A program made the translations under genes and the position numbers. Positions 9,141 to 19,418 of a DNA stretch of 53,276 nt are shown one piece after another. Numbering within the stretch: position 1 is the first letter of the stretch; every line of letters starts with the position of its first letter. Source of the DNA: a virus (Duplodnaviria; Caudoviricetes); IMG/VR virus record IMGVR_UViG_3300020477_000035, positions 1 through 53,276 of that record; one strand, 5' to 3'. Under the pieces are notes generated by a model. That model did not search any database and was not told the DNA's origin. It worked only from the letters and a program-made list of their open reading frames with translations.

Positions 9141-12100
9141 TTAACCGAGTGCGATTGCCATTGTTACAGCTGTTGGATCACTTTCTGATGTGATACCTGC
9201 TGGTGTCGCCCATACTCCATCACCTCGTAAGAAGGTAGTATTACTAGCAGTACCAGAAGCATTCAGTTTCGTCATTTCAACTGCATCATCAGCAATCTTA
9301 GCAGATGTAATTGCAAGATCCTGAATTTTTGCTGTTGCAACTGCATCATCAGAAAGTTCAGCGACTGTGATTGCATTGTTAGCAATATCTTCAGCAACGA
9401 TAACATCAACACCCAACATAGCAGATGTAATTGCATTATCAGGAATTTGAATATTAGAAACCGTACCTGTAACATCACCACCGACTGCTGTAGTACCAAC
9501 ATTGGTAGAATCTGCTGACCATTCAGGAGCAGAAGCAGTAGAGTTCATTGTTAATACTTGACCAGCTGTACCTTTTGGAAGTCGAACATAATCTGTTCCA
9601 TTATAGTAAAGTGTATCACCGGTTGCATCAGAACCCATAGCAATATGTGTTCCATTAACTGCGTTTGTGGCAATATCTTGTGCAACAATAACACCCGGTG
9701 CAATCATTGCTGATGTAATAGAATTAGCAGGAATCGTAATATTAGAAACTGTACCTGATACATCTCCACCAACAGGATATGAACCAACATCATTTTGACT
9801 TACAGCAGGATTACTCCAAGCTGGATCATTTGCACCTTGAGTCAATACTTGACCAGCAGAGCCTTTTCCAAGTCGAACATAATTTGTTCCGTCGTAGTAA
9901 AGAACATCACCACGAGCATCACTACCCATTGCGAGATGTGTTCCATTAACTGCATTAGCAGCGATAGATGCATTTGATGTTGTACCACTAAGAGCTCCAC
10001 CCAATGCTGGATCACTAACAACATTACCGAAACTTAAATTACCAAGCCCATCAGTCATTAATGCTTGACCGTTTGTTCCATCTGATACGTTCAAGTGGTC
10101 AATACTAACAGCGTTTGATGCAATCTCTGAAGCCGCAACTGAATTAGAAACAATTTGTGCATTACTAACAGTACCTGCTAAATCACCACCAACTGCTGTA
10201 TTACCAACATTAGTAGAATCTGCAGCCCATTCAGGATCTGAATTTCCCATTGTAAGTACATGACCTTGTGTTCCTTTTGCAAGTCGAGTATAATCTGTAC
10301 CGTTGTAATATAGAATATCACCACGAGCATCACTACCCATCGCAATTTTAGAACCATCAACTGCATTGTTTTGGATTTTATCAGTAGTTACTGCATTATT
10401 AGAAATCTCTGCAGCTGTAACACTATTGTTTGCTAAGTCTTCCGCAACAATGATGTCGAGTGCTATCTTATCAGATGTAATTGCACCTGCACCAATTTTA
10501 TCATTTGTAATTGCACCATCAGCTATTTTATCCTCAGTTACTTGATCGTTTGCAATTTTAGATGTTGTTATAGCACCAGTTGTAAGATGTGCGTTACCTA
10601 CTGCTAGTCCAGCTATCTTACCAGATGTAACTGCATTGTTTGCGATTTTGTTTTCTTCAACTGCATTATCATTTAAACATCTAGCTATTACTACTCCGTT
10701 CGCAATATGTTCAGAACCAATCGCGTTATCAACTAGTTTAGTTCCATCAATAGCATCATTTTTAATATGATTTGTGTCGATTGATCTTAGTGAATCATTA
10801 GTAGCATGATTAGCAAGTTTATCACCGGTGATTGAACCATTAACTAGTTTCGCTCCGGTGATTGTTCCATCTGTAATAGAAGAAACACTAACTGCTCCAT
10901 CAGCAATTTTATCTGCTGTTACTGCATCATCAGCAAGTTCATTTGTATCGACTACACCAGCTTTAATTTGTGCGTTTGAAACAGAACCAGAAAGATCACC
11001 ACCGACAGAAGCTGCACCAACATTTGTTGGATCAGAAATAAAAGAAAGATTACCAGCACCGTCCGTTGAAAGAAGTTGTCCAGCAGAACCGTCTGTAACA
11101 AAAAGTTGTTCAATACCAACTGCGTTAGCATTGATCTTAGCTTGTGTTACTGCATCATCAGCAAGTTCTGTTTCTCCTACTCTGGCTGCTGCGATTTGAA
11201 TATTAGCAATCGTGCCATTCATATCTCCACCAACTGCATGACCAGCAACATCAGTAGAATCATCTGCCCAACTTGGAACACCAGCTGCAAGTGTTAATAC
11301 TTGACCGTTTGAGCCTCTTGCAAGACGAACATAATCTGCACCATTGCTATACATGATGTCGCCTTCAGAATCAGATCCCAACGCAATCTTAGTTCCATCT
11401 ACTGCATCATTAGCAATTTTATCTGTGGTTACTGCGTTGTTTTGAAGTTCTGCAGCTGTGATTGCATTATTAGCAATATCTTCAGCAACGATAACATCTA
11501 AACCAAGATGAGCAGATGTAATTGCACCTGCTGGTATTTTTGTACCATCAACTGCTCCAGGAGCAATTTTATCAGTTGTAATTTGTGCGTTTGCAATCTG
11601 TGCTGTTTCGATTGTACCATCAAGAATTTTTGTATTTGTAACAGCATCTGTACCAATTTTTGATTCTGTTACTGCTTCATTAGCAAGTTTTTGTGTAGAA
11701 ATAGATTGATCTACAACTTGAACAGCATTAAGAGCAAGTTCTTGTGCATCATCATTTTTTCTAAAAGTAATATTTTGTAGTTCAAGGTCTGTCAAAACAT
11801 TAGAATAAATCCTAAAGTTTCCAAGCCAACCACTACCAGAGGTCAATCCTGTTCCATGAAAAAACTTAACAGTATATTTACTAGTAGAAGAATTTAAAGG
11901 AACCGTTATAGATGTGTCTGGAAGTTGCTCAGACAAACTACCATTATGACCCACATGAAAACGATTAGCTTTAATCGCCATACAGTTTCTAAAATCTTGA
12001 TATGCTGTTGTTGTAAATCCAGCATTAAACGGATCAGCATCTAACTGATTATTTCCATTTGTCGTAACTTTATATTTACCATCACTCAACAATGTAACGT

Positions 12101-13019
12101 AGTTATTATTAGTTGCATCTTGATAATGATAAATAGGTTGTGTTGATGATGTATTCAATGGAGTAGCATCAATCCAGATTGATGTACCAATATCCCAGTT
12201 CCATTTATTTTCTGTATCTTCAATATAAGCAACGTCTGCATTTCTTGTTACAGGAACAGTTGTTGTTGGAATATAAGAAGTAGCATATCCAAGTTCTTCA
12301 ACTTGAGCTCCCCACAAATAAATACCTTCTGCATTACCAAAAGCATATTCTGTATTAACTTCATCATTGGAACGTGCTTTTAAATATACTTCCGTATCAG
12401 AACTTCCATCAGCAGTAAATGTTACAGAACAACGATACCATCCGTTAGGATGTTCTTGAATTTTTGCATCACCAACTGTTCCACCAGAAGTTCCAAGAGT
12501 ACCATTACTTAAATTAAAAACTTTAGAATAAGTACGACCAGAATCAGAATTATCTCTATTAGAAATTTCCAGATAGTCTAATTCTTTTTTCTTTGCATAT
12601 ACTGAAACTGTATATGTAGTTCCATTATTGAAAGTAAATCCTTGTTGACGAGCTGCAATAATACCCGTAGTTGCTGAAGTTGCTTTCAATAAATCAGCAT
12701 TTGATGTACCATCTGGTGATTTAACTTGATTTGCTTGAATTTCTGCTGCATTAGTTTGAAGTGCTGATCCAGTAATCCATGAAGCATTATCAAAGTCTTG
12801 TGATTGTAAACAGTTATTCGTTGATGCTTCTTCAAATAACCAACCCATTAAACGACCAATATCATCAGGCATATAATCTTGTCTAATGACGTTAGCTGCA
12901 ACGGTTTCAACTAGACCAATAGCATTAACTCTAGTAGCAGAAGAACTCCTAGAATAATTCAATATAGATGGTATTGCACCAGTAGAATTTAACGATAATG
13001 TACTCTTTACTGTTGACAT
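9141..13019 (-). CDS. Long tail fibre-like protein (N-terminal beta-sandwich/lectin-like domains, 10-aa repeat shaft, C-term MAIALG)
   Basis: NGWYRCSVT..GIYLWGAQVE..ATSYIPT N-domain; many AVTxxKIAxx decapeptides; repeated GGDLxGTVSNAQI and GDxLYYNGTDYVRLxKG.xGQVLT modules. Confidence 0.85.
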   Translation of the reverse strand: MSTVKSTLSLNSTGAIPSILNYSRSSSATRVNAIGLVETVAANVIRQDYMPDDIGRLMGWLFEEASTNNCLQSQDFDNASWITGSALQTNAAEIQANQVKSPDGTSNADLLKATSATTGIIAARQQGFTFNNGTTYTVSVYAKKKELDYLEISNRDNSDSGRTYSKVFNLSNGTLGTSGGTVGDAKIQEHPNGWYRCSVTFTADGSSDTEVYLKARSNDEVNTEYAFGNAEGIYLWGAQVEELGYATSYIPTTTVPVTRNADVAYIEDTENKWNWDIGTSIWIDATPLNTSSTQPIYHYQDATNNNYVTLLSDGKYKVTTNGNNQLDADPFNAGFTTTAYQDFRNCMAIKANRFHVGHNGSLSEQLPDTSITVPLNSSTSKYTVKFFHGTGLTSGSGWLGNFRIYSNVLTDLELQNITFRKNDDAQELALNAVQVVDQSISTQKLANEAVTESKIGTDAVTNTKILDGTIETAQIANAQITTDKIAPGAVDGTKIPAGAITSAHLGLDVIVAEDIANNAITAAELQNNAVTTDKIANDAVDGTKIALGSDSEGDIMYSNGADYVRLARGSNGQVLTLAAGVPSWADDSTDVAGHAVGGDMNGTIANIQIAAARVGETELADDAVTQAKINANAVGIEQLFVTDGSAGQLLSTDGAGNLSFISDPTNVGAASVGGDLSGSVSNAQIKAGVVDTNELADDAVTADKIADGAVSVSSITDGTITGAKLVNGSITGDKLANHATNDSLRSIDTNHIKNDAIDGTKLVDNAIGSEHIANGVVIARCLNDNAVEENKIANNAVTSGKIAGLAVGNAHLTTGAITTSKIANDQVTEDKIADGAITNDKIGAGAITSDKIALDIIVAEDLANNSVTAAEISNNAVTTDKIQNNAVDGSKIAMGSDARGDILYYNGTDYTRLAKGTQGHVLTMGNSDPEWAADSTNVGNTAVGGDLAGTVSNAQIVSNSVAASEIASNAVSIDHLNVSDGTNGQALMTDGLGNLSFGNVVSDPALGGALSGTTSNASIAANAVNGTHLAMGSDARGDVLYYDGTNYVRLGKGSAGQVLTQGANDPAWSNPAVSQNDVGSYPVGGDVSGTVSNITIPANSITSAMIAPGVIVAQDIATNAVNGTHIAMGSDATGDTLYYNGTDYVRLPKGTAGQVLTMNSTASAPEWSADSTNVGTTAVGGDVTGTVSNIQIPDNAITSAMLGVDVIVAEDIANNAITVAELSDDAVATAKIQDLAITSAKIADDAVEMTKLNASGTASNTTFLRGDGVWATPAGITSESDPTAVTMAIALG

Positions 13020-13049
13020 ATTATTCCCTCTTTAATAAATATTTGTGAG

Positions 13050-13090
13050 TATTGTTATTATTATTTATACGACTCAAAAACTACTATTTA
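13050..13090 (-). repeat. 41-bp direct repeat copy B containing late promoter TATAAATA (13062..13069)
   Basis: One mismatch to 3842..3882; overlaps the AAA TAG end of 13084..14550. Confidence 0.9.
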
Positions 13091-14550
13091 GCAGTATATG
13101 CATATCCATTTCCTCTTGGAGTAGTTAAATCACCAACATCTACACTACTTGTACTAGAATCAAAAGCAAACATCATCATATCGGACATATATCCAACAGG
13201 TCCGTAATATCCTGAAACCCACATACCATGAGTTGCATTTTGTGTAGCTGCACCATCACTTCTTGCATGAGTTAAATCACCCCAATCTGACGCGCCTGCA
13301 TTAGAAGCAAAAGAAAATATATCTATATCATTATAGGTTGGATAAGAGGGTGGATTACCTTTTCCTCCTAAAGAGTAACCATGTGTTGAACTTGCAACTC
13401 CCTTATTTGAAAATTTATCTCTTACTAGGTTGCCATGATGGCTACTTGTAGTATCGTTAGCATGAGATACTTTCCACATATCTTGAGTACCATTATTAGC
13501 AGCTGACCTTCCACCTAAAATATAACACTCATTAGGTCCAGAACAAGAACCTACTTGATACCTAGTAGCTCCTGCATCTCCATTATATGTAGAGCCGGAT
13601 ACACTTGATGCGAAAGCATATTTTTGAATAGTAGAATGAATACTATGAAATCTCCCCATAAAAATATAACCATGAGTTGATGATTCACCACCCGTACATA
13701 AATCTCGAGCAATACAATCACCAACATCAGCACCACCTGCATCAGAAGCAAATGCAAATCTATCAATAGAAGTACCTTCAACACTAGATGAAGGTTGTCC
13801 TGCTGCAGCGTAACCATGTGTTGAACTTGAAGCAGCACCACCTGTTGCTCTTGCAAAATGCATATTACCATGATCTGATACAGATGTACCACTAGCATAT
13901 GTAAATTTGTAAATAGCACTATAAATAGAAGCAGGGCCACCATGCCCTTCACCACCACTATGATAACCGTGTTCTGGAGCAGGAACTGGTGTAGATCCTG
14001 CACCTACATTTGTCCAAACATTGGCGTCTGTTGTAGCGTCAGTACAAATAAAGATTTCACCTGATGTTGTATTAACCCAAACTGCTCCAAGACCATCAGC
14101 AGGATTTGTATCAATTGCTGGATCAGAAGCATTTTCCATAAAGCCTGAGCCAACACCCGTTAATGCTGAACCATCAAGTGCCGGTAAAGCACCAGTTAAT
14201 TTATTTGCTGACAAACTAGGAATATGACTATTTGTAAACATACCATCAGTTAATTTAGCTGTTGTAACTGAGTCGGCTGCCGGTGTACCAATATCACCAT
14301 TTTGAGTTTGACAAGCACAAACATAACAGTTTAAAGGTACTGCTGTTGTAAATGTTACAGTATTACCATCAAGCGTATAATCAACTCCGGGTTGTTGCAT
14401 AACACCATCAATATAAATCGAAACATCATTAACATTAGCGGGTGTTGATGTTAAACTTAAAGTAGTAGTTGTACCATCACCTGTCATGCTATCCATTGTT
14501 TGAGTAGCAAGTGTAGATGTCGATTTATTAATTTTTCCTATATATGCCAT
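13084..14550 (-). CDS. Putative receptor-binding protein: MAYIG N-domain, adaptor, Kelch-like propeller
   Basis: Same architecture as 3907..5391. Confidence 0.8.
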   Translation of the reverse strand: MAYIGKINKSTSTLATQTMDSMTGDGTTTTLSLTSTPANVNDVSIYIDGVMQQPGVDYTLDGNTVTFTTAVPLNCYVCACQTQNGDIGTPAADSVTTAKLTDGMFTNSHIPSLSANKLTGALPALDGSALTGVGSGFMENASDPAIDTNPADGLGAVWVNTTSGEIFICTDATTDANVWTNVGAGSTPVPAPEHGYHSGGEGHGGPASIYSAIYKFTYASGTSVSDHGNMHFARATGGAASSSTHGYAAAGQPSSSVEGTSIDRFAFASDAGGADVGDCIARDLCTGGESSTHGYIFMGRFHSIHSTIQKYAFASSVSGSTYNGDAGATRYQVGSCSGPNECYILGGRSAANNGTQDMWKVSHANDTTSSHHGNLVRDKFSNKGVASSTHGYSLGGKGNPPSYPTYNDIDIFSFASNAGASDWGDLTHARSDGAATQNATHGMWVSGYYGPVGYMSDMMMFAFDSSTSSVDVGDLTTPRGNGYAYTAK

Positions 14551-14585
14551 GTTAAATCCTTTTTTATTTATTGTTTGATGGTTTA
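14551..14585 (-). repeat. Propeller-array intergenic spacer copy 5
   Basis: TAAACCATCAAACAATAAATAAAAAAGGATTTAAC then ATG. Confidence 0.9.
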
Positions 14586-16046
14586 ATACTGTTGTCCAGC
14601 ACCCACAATTCTGTTTGATATTAAATTACCAATGTCTGCCGCTGTTGTATTTGACGCATATGCAAATTTTTGAATAAACTCATATGATTGATGTGGAGAA
14701 CCAGAAGCTCCAGCTGCCGGTGATAAATTAGTGCCATTTCCACCAGTAAAATAACCATGTGTAGTTGAAGATTGTGCTGCACCCAGACCATCAGCATATA
14801 AATCGCCATGACCTACTGCTGATACATTAGTAGAAGCAAAAGAAAACTTATCAATTTTTGCAGAGTTTTGACCTGAGCCATCTTGTTTTGCACCACCACA
14901 ACTATAGCCATCTGCACTTGAAGAAACACCACAATTATAAGCGACTGTAATTGCTGTTAAATTTCCATGTTCACTTGTTTCGGTGCTATTAGAATAAGAA
15001 AATTTATCAATAGTAGTAGTTGCTGGTTGTCCACCAGAAACATAACCATCTGTTTGTGTTGAATGACCAGCACCGTATTCTCTTGCAGTTGTTATACTAT
15101 TAAATTCCTCAGAAGTTACACCACTTCCTGCAAATGGATATCTTTGAACATAGGTTGATACTCCCGGAGAACCACCAACAGTATAACCATGTGTATCACT
15201 TTGACAAGGATGAGAACCAAAAGAATTGGTTGTTAAAAAACCATGTTCGGTTGCATCACTCGCTGTTGCAAATTGAAATTTATCAATACGGTTCATTGGT
15301 TCCCAACCGCCAGCATTATAACCATATGTAGTTGATGAGGCTCCAGATAGATAACTTCTTCCCGGACTCATTACGTCGCCATGATTTGTTGCGTCTCCAT
15401 CACTTACAAAACTAAATTTATCAATCGTTACTCCGTCTGGACTACCACCAGACATAAAACCAGCTATTGTTCCACCTAATTGCCAAGGCTTTATATTACC
15501 ACTACCTCCACCTACGTTAGTCCAAACATTGGCGTCTGTTGTAGCGTCTGTGCAAACATAAGTATTTCCTGATGTTTTATTTACCCAAACTGTTCCAAGT
15601 GTAGAATTAGTATCAGTTGCAGGATCAGTTGCACTAACAGTAACCGCAGAAATACCAGTTAATGCTGAACCATCAAGTGCAGGTAAAGCACCAGTAAGTT
15701 TACTTGCACTAAGATTAAGAATTTTAGCATCTGTTACTGCACCATCTTTAATGGTATCAAGTCCAACTGATGCATCTGCAATAGTACCTTTTTTTGTATC
15801 TTTTCTAACAAATGCAATAACTGGGCATCCCGCTGCAGGTGCTGTTGTAAATGTAATAACATCATTAGCTACAGTATAATCTTGTCCTGGCCTTTGTTGA
15901 ACACCACTAATAAACACACTAACATTATTAACAGATGTTGTTCCTAGAGTAATACTCATAGTAGTATCAGAACCATCACCTGTCATTGTGTGTGTGGATA
16001 TAGTAGCATGGTCAATGCTTTTTGTACCTTTACCTAGATATGCCAT
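14583..16046 (-). CDS. Putative receptor-binding protein: MAYLG N-domain, adaptor, Kelch-like propeller
   Basis: Same architecture as 3907..5391 and 13084..14550. Confidence 0.8.
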   Translation of the reverse strand: MAYLGKGTKSIDHATISTHTMTGDGSDTTMSITLGTTSVNNVSVFISGVQQRPGQDYTVANDVITFTTAPAAGCPVIAFVRKDTKKGTIADASVGLDTIKDGAVTDAKILNLSASKLTGALPALDGSALTGISAVTVSATDPATDTNSTLGTVWVNKTSGNTYVCTDATTDANVWTNVGGGSGNIKPWQLGGTIAGFMSGGSPDGVTIDKFSFVSDGDATNHGDVMSPGRSYLSGASSTTYGYNAGGWEPMNRIDKFQFATASDATEHGFLTTNSFGSHPCQSDTHGYTVGGSPGVSTYVQRYPFAGSGVTSEEFNSITTAREYGAGHSTQTDGYVSGGQPATTTIDKFSYSNSTETSEHGNLTAITVAYNCGVSSSADGYSCGGAKQDGSGQNSAKIDKFSFASTNVSAVGHGDLYADGLGAAQSSTTHGYFTGGNGTNLSPAAGASGSPHQSYEFIQKFAYASNTTAADIGNLISNRIVGAGQQY

Positions 16047-16055
16047 CTGTTATTC

Positions 16056-16904
16056 CTATTCTTCGATTTGTTTTTGGTTTTCTTGCTCTGGTGTATACGT
16101 TAATAAGTTATTTGCACCTTCAGAAAATTTTAAAAAGTCTGCTTGTTGTTTTGCTACTGGCTCATATCGTTCTGCAAAATCATCAACAAAAGAATGTAAC
16201 ATTGAAGTATTTGCTACACCTGAAGCTTGTTCTTGTGCTAAGAATTGCATGATCTCTTTCTTTGCACTTGAAACACAAACTCCAACTTGTTCCAAATATT
16301 CTTGATTACCACAACCAATAGAACCTTTTTCTCTTACTTCACGAATGGATTGTGTCATGGCACGTTTAATATGAGATTGTACTTGTGCCTTTTCAAACTG
16401 TTCTTCGGTAACTTCACCAATGGCTTCTTTTAACTGGTCATGCATTTCACCAAGAGTTTCTATCTCTTTCAAAGCACCTTCAACCTTAATCAAAAGTTCT
16501 GCATTTTGTGATTCCATTCTTGCAGCTTGTATCTCAAGTAATTCTCTTTTAAGAGAATCTTCTTCTTCTTCAAGTTTCTTTCTTTTGATTTTAGTTTTTG
16601 CAACTGCTTCCATGTAACCAAACTTTGCTTCATTAAGTGCCATACGTTTCCTGGCCATCTCAGCAGATACTTGTCTTAGTCTTGTCCAATCATCAGCCTG
16701 TGAACAAGTCAAGTGTTTCAACATAAATTGACTTCTTGACCTATCCCAAATACGCTCAGTATATTTAACTTTGTTTACTGCTAACTCAGCATTCTGTAAA
16801 TTCTCAACTAATGATTTACCACCGTAAGATTCATACTTTGTAAGAGAATCATTACTAAATGTTTTAACGACTAAATCTTTTGACTCACTTTTTTCTTCAC
16901 TCAT
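16056..16904 (-). CDS. Coiled-coil/helical protein of unknown function heading the propeller array
   Basis: 282 aa, E/K/L/A-rich helical composition unlike neighbours; AGGAG SD, late promoter upstream. Confidence 0.8.
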   Translation of the reverse strand: MSEEKSESKDLVVKTFSNDSLTKYESYGGKSLVENLQNAELAVNKVKYTERIWDRSRSQFMLKHLTCSQADDWTRLRQVSAEMARKRMALNEAKFGYMEAVAKTKIKRKKLEEEEDSLKRELLEIQAARMESQNAELLIKVEGALKEIETLGEMHDQLKEAIGEVTEEQFEKAQVQSHIKRAMTQSIREVREKGSIGCGNQEYLEQVGVCVSSAKKEIMQFLAQEQASGVANTSMLHSFVDDFAERYEPVAKQQADFLKFSEGANNLLTYTPEQENQKQIEE

Positions 16905-16937
16905 GTTGACTCCTGTAAATAATTTAATAATTAATTG

Positions 16938-16945
16938 TATTTATA
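16938..16945 (-). promoter_or_regulatory. T4-type late promoter TATAAATA
   Basis: Exact consensus upstream of 16056..16904. Confidence 0.75.
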
Positions 16946-16955
16946 TAATCAAACT

Positions 16956-18026
16956 CTACTGAAATTTATATCGTATGATTACAGTACCTGATCCACCATT
17001 CATAACACTACCACTTGTACCAGAACCAACAGCTCCGCCTCCACCGCCAGTATTAACAGTTCCAGATGTAGGTGTCGTACCTGTTCCTCCGCCAGTACCA
17101 CCGCCGCCATCACCACCGGCGCCACCAGGTCCACTAGTACGAGTATCACCACCACCGCCGCCTCCGCCAGCTCTCATAACAGCAGTACCTGTAATACTTG
17201 AACTTCTACCAACGCCACCATCACCACCTGTAATTATACCAGAAGTTCTGTGGCCAGGTTGTCCAACACCACCAGCTCCACCGCCACCGCCTCCTGAAAT
17301 TCCATGAGGGCCATCCCAATAACCACCTAAACCACCATCATATCCTTCAACAGGATCATATCCACCTGCATTACCAGAACCCATTGGATGGCCATAATAA
17401 TGTGAGCCCCAACCTCCACCACCAGCTGAGCCACCGGTGTTATTAAGTTGATTAGCAGCAGGAGAATCCCAAACACCTCCACCACCTCCAGTTGAAGCAA
17501 TTGCACCAAATTCAGAGTTCGATCCAGCAGAACCATTAGCACCTGTTTGTCCAGCACCTCCTGCACCAACAGTTACAGTATAGGCTTGTGCAGATACAGA
17601 ATAACCAGTTGCAGTTCGATAACCTCCTGCTCCACCTCCGCCATCACCACCAGCAGTTGCCCTTCTACATCCACCACCGCCACCAGCAATAACTAGATAT
17701 TCAACTTCTGCATCTGTTCCTGGATTAGTAACAGTAAATGTTCCAGACTCATTAAATGTATGAACTTTATAATCACCGTCTGTTGTAATAGTACCTCCAG
17801 TAGCAACCAAACCATTATAAGGAATAACATCTTCTATACCATCACCTACATTTACCCAAACATTAGCGTTTGTTGTAGCGTCTGTGCAACAATACATTTC
17901 ACCTGATGTTGTATTCAACCAAATATGACCAACACCAGCTGAAGGATTTGTATTTGTTGCTGGATCAGAAGAACTCTTAGTATTAATTGAATCTGCAACG
18001 GCCACACCAATTTTTGTTAAAGGCAT
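16956..18026 (-). CDS. Glycine-rich adhesin-like protein with shared adaptor domain
   Basis: CCTDATTNANVWVNVG adaptor, then ATGGTITTDGDYKVHTF...YLVIAGGGGG...GGSGTVIIRYKFQ Gly-rich domain. Confidence 0.8.
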   Translation of the reverse strand: MPLTKIGVAVADSINTKSSSDPATNTNPSAGVGHIWLNTTSGEMYCCTDATTNANVWVNVGDGIEDVIPYNGLVATGGTITTDGDYKVHTFNESGTFTVTNPGTDAEVEYLVIAGGGGGCRRATAGGDGGGGAGGYRTATGYSVSAQAYTVTVGAGGAGQTGANGSAGSNSEFGAIASTGGGGGVWDSPAANQLNNTGGSAGGGGWGSHYYGHPMGSGNAGGYDPVEGYDGGLGGYWDGPHGISGGGGGGAGGVGQPGHRTSGIITGGDGGVGRSSSITGTAVMRAGGGGGGGDTRTSGPGGAGGDGGGGTGGGTGTTPTSGTVNTGGGGGAVGSGTSGSVMNGGSGTVIIRYKFQ

Positions 18027-18040
18027 TTGTTACTCTCCTA

Positions 18041-18361
18041 TTATTCTGTTATCTCTACCCAATTTGTAGTATCTTCATCCCAATAATATCGTTTATCATC
18101 TTCAGGCATAGCAACAGGAGGTTGCCAATCATCATTACCGTCTAATGACCATGAGGCATATGGTTGAGGTGCTATAAACTTATCTTTAGCTGAATCATAA
18201 GTAAAACCAATTCCAGCAAATTGTTTTCTTATATTATTATTATAACTTGTTTGAATCCAATTAGCTGCATCACCAACAGCACCAGAATCTATAAAATCTT
18301 GTTCGGCAACAATGACTCTTTGAACTATGCCATTGCTGTCAATTTCTGCAAAATGACTCAT
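18041..18361 (-). CDS. Small conserved phage protein (HFA..WIQTSYN..RK.FAG.G.TYD..D.FI.PQPY.SW), paralog of 33209..33610
   Basis: Strong motif identity to 33209..33610; AGGAG SD. Confidence 0.8.
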   Translation of the reverse strand: MSHFAEIDSNGIVQRVIVAEQDFIDSGAVGDAANWIQTSYNNNIRKQFAGIGFTYDSAKDKFIAPQPYASWSLDGNDDWQPPVAMPEDDKRYYWDEDTTNWVEITE

Positions 18362-18380
18362 TGTTTACTCCTTATTATTT

Positions 18381-19400
18381 TTATTGAAATTTATATCTAA
18401 TAATTACAACTCCTGAACCACCGTTATTATCACCGTCTCCTGTATCTGCGCCAGCACCACCGCCAGTATTTACAGTACCATGTGTTCCAGCATTATTATT
18501 TCCACCATTACCAGCGCCATGTGTACCATATCCAAATGTACCAGTACCACCGCCGCCTCCACAGCCGCCGCCGCCTCCAGCGTAACCTACAGAAGAACCA
18601 GTAATGGTACTATCCCTTCCTATTCCACCAGCACCGCCAAAATCATTATGACCATTTTGGCCCATGCCACCTGCACCACCTCCACCGGCGCCACCATATG
18701 CTCCACCTGTACCTGTACCACCAGCATATCCTTCAACAGGATCATATCCACCTGCGTTACCAGCTGCGCCTACTTTCTCATTAGCAGTCCAATTAGAATG
18801 GTATGTACCACCACCACCGCTTCCACCTGTTGTTGGGACATTGCCACCAGTATCATTACCACCTCCACCGCCACCTGTACTAGTAATGGTACTAAAAGTA
18901 GAATTTGTACCTTGTGTTCCAGCTGTTGCATTACCTTGACCAGTTCCACCTGCACCTACAACAATATTATAAGCTTGAGCAGTAACAGCAAAATCTGTAG
19001 CTGTTCGGTAGCCTCCTCCGCCACCTCCACCACCCCAGTCTCCGGCTCCGCCACCACCAGCAACAACTAAGTATTCAACATTCCCAGCTGTTGTAACAGT
19101 AAAAGTTCCTGATGAAGTAAACTTATGAACTTTGTAATCTCCGTCTGTGGTAACAGTTCCTCCAGTAGCAGCCGTATATATAAGAGGAATATTACCTCCA
19201 CCACCACCTATATTTTTCCAAACATTAGCTCCAGCTGTAGCGTTTGTGCAACAATACTTTTCACCTGATGTTGTATTCAACCAAAGTGTTCCAACACCAC
19301 CAGAAGGATTAGTAGAAACTGTAGGATCAGATGCACTTTCAGTAACTTCATTACCACCTACTGCACTTACCATATTTGCTGGTATTTTTGTTAAAGGCAT
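18381..19400 (-). CDS. Glycine-rich adhesin-like protein with shared adaptor domain
   Basis: Paralog of 16956..18026; ends GGSGVVIIRYKFQ. Confidence 0.8.
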   Translation of the reverse strand: MPLTKIPANMVSAVGGNEVTESASDPTVSTNPSGGVGTLWLNTTSGEKYCCTNATAGANVWKNIGGGGGNIPLIYTAATGGTVTTDGDYKVHKFTSSGTFTVTTAGNVEYLVVAGGGGAGDWGGGGGGGGYRTATDFAVTAQAYNIVVGAGGTGQGNATAGTQGTNSTFSTITSTGGGGGGNDTGGNVPTTGGSGGGGTYHSNWTANEKVGAAGNAGGYDPVEGYAGGTGTGGAYGGAGGGGAGGMGQNGHNDFGGAGGIGRDSTITGSSVGYAGGGGGCGGGGGTGTFGYGTHGAGNGGNNNAGTHGTVNTGGGAGADTGDGDNNGGSGVVIIRYKFQ

Positions 19401-19418
19401 TTATTTATCTCCCACTTC

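Noticed and set aside
3886-14585. ~30-bp repeats as a CRISPR array or integron attC sites
   Set aside because: They are separated by whole genes of 1.1 kb or more, are not palindromic, and no cas or integrase gene is present in the window.
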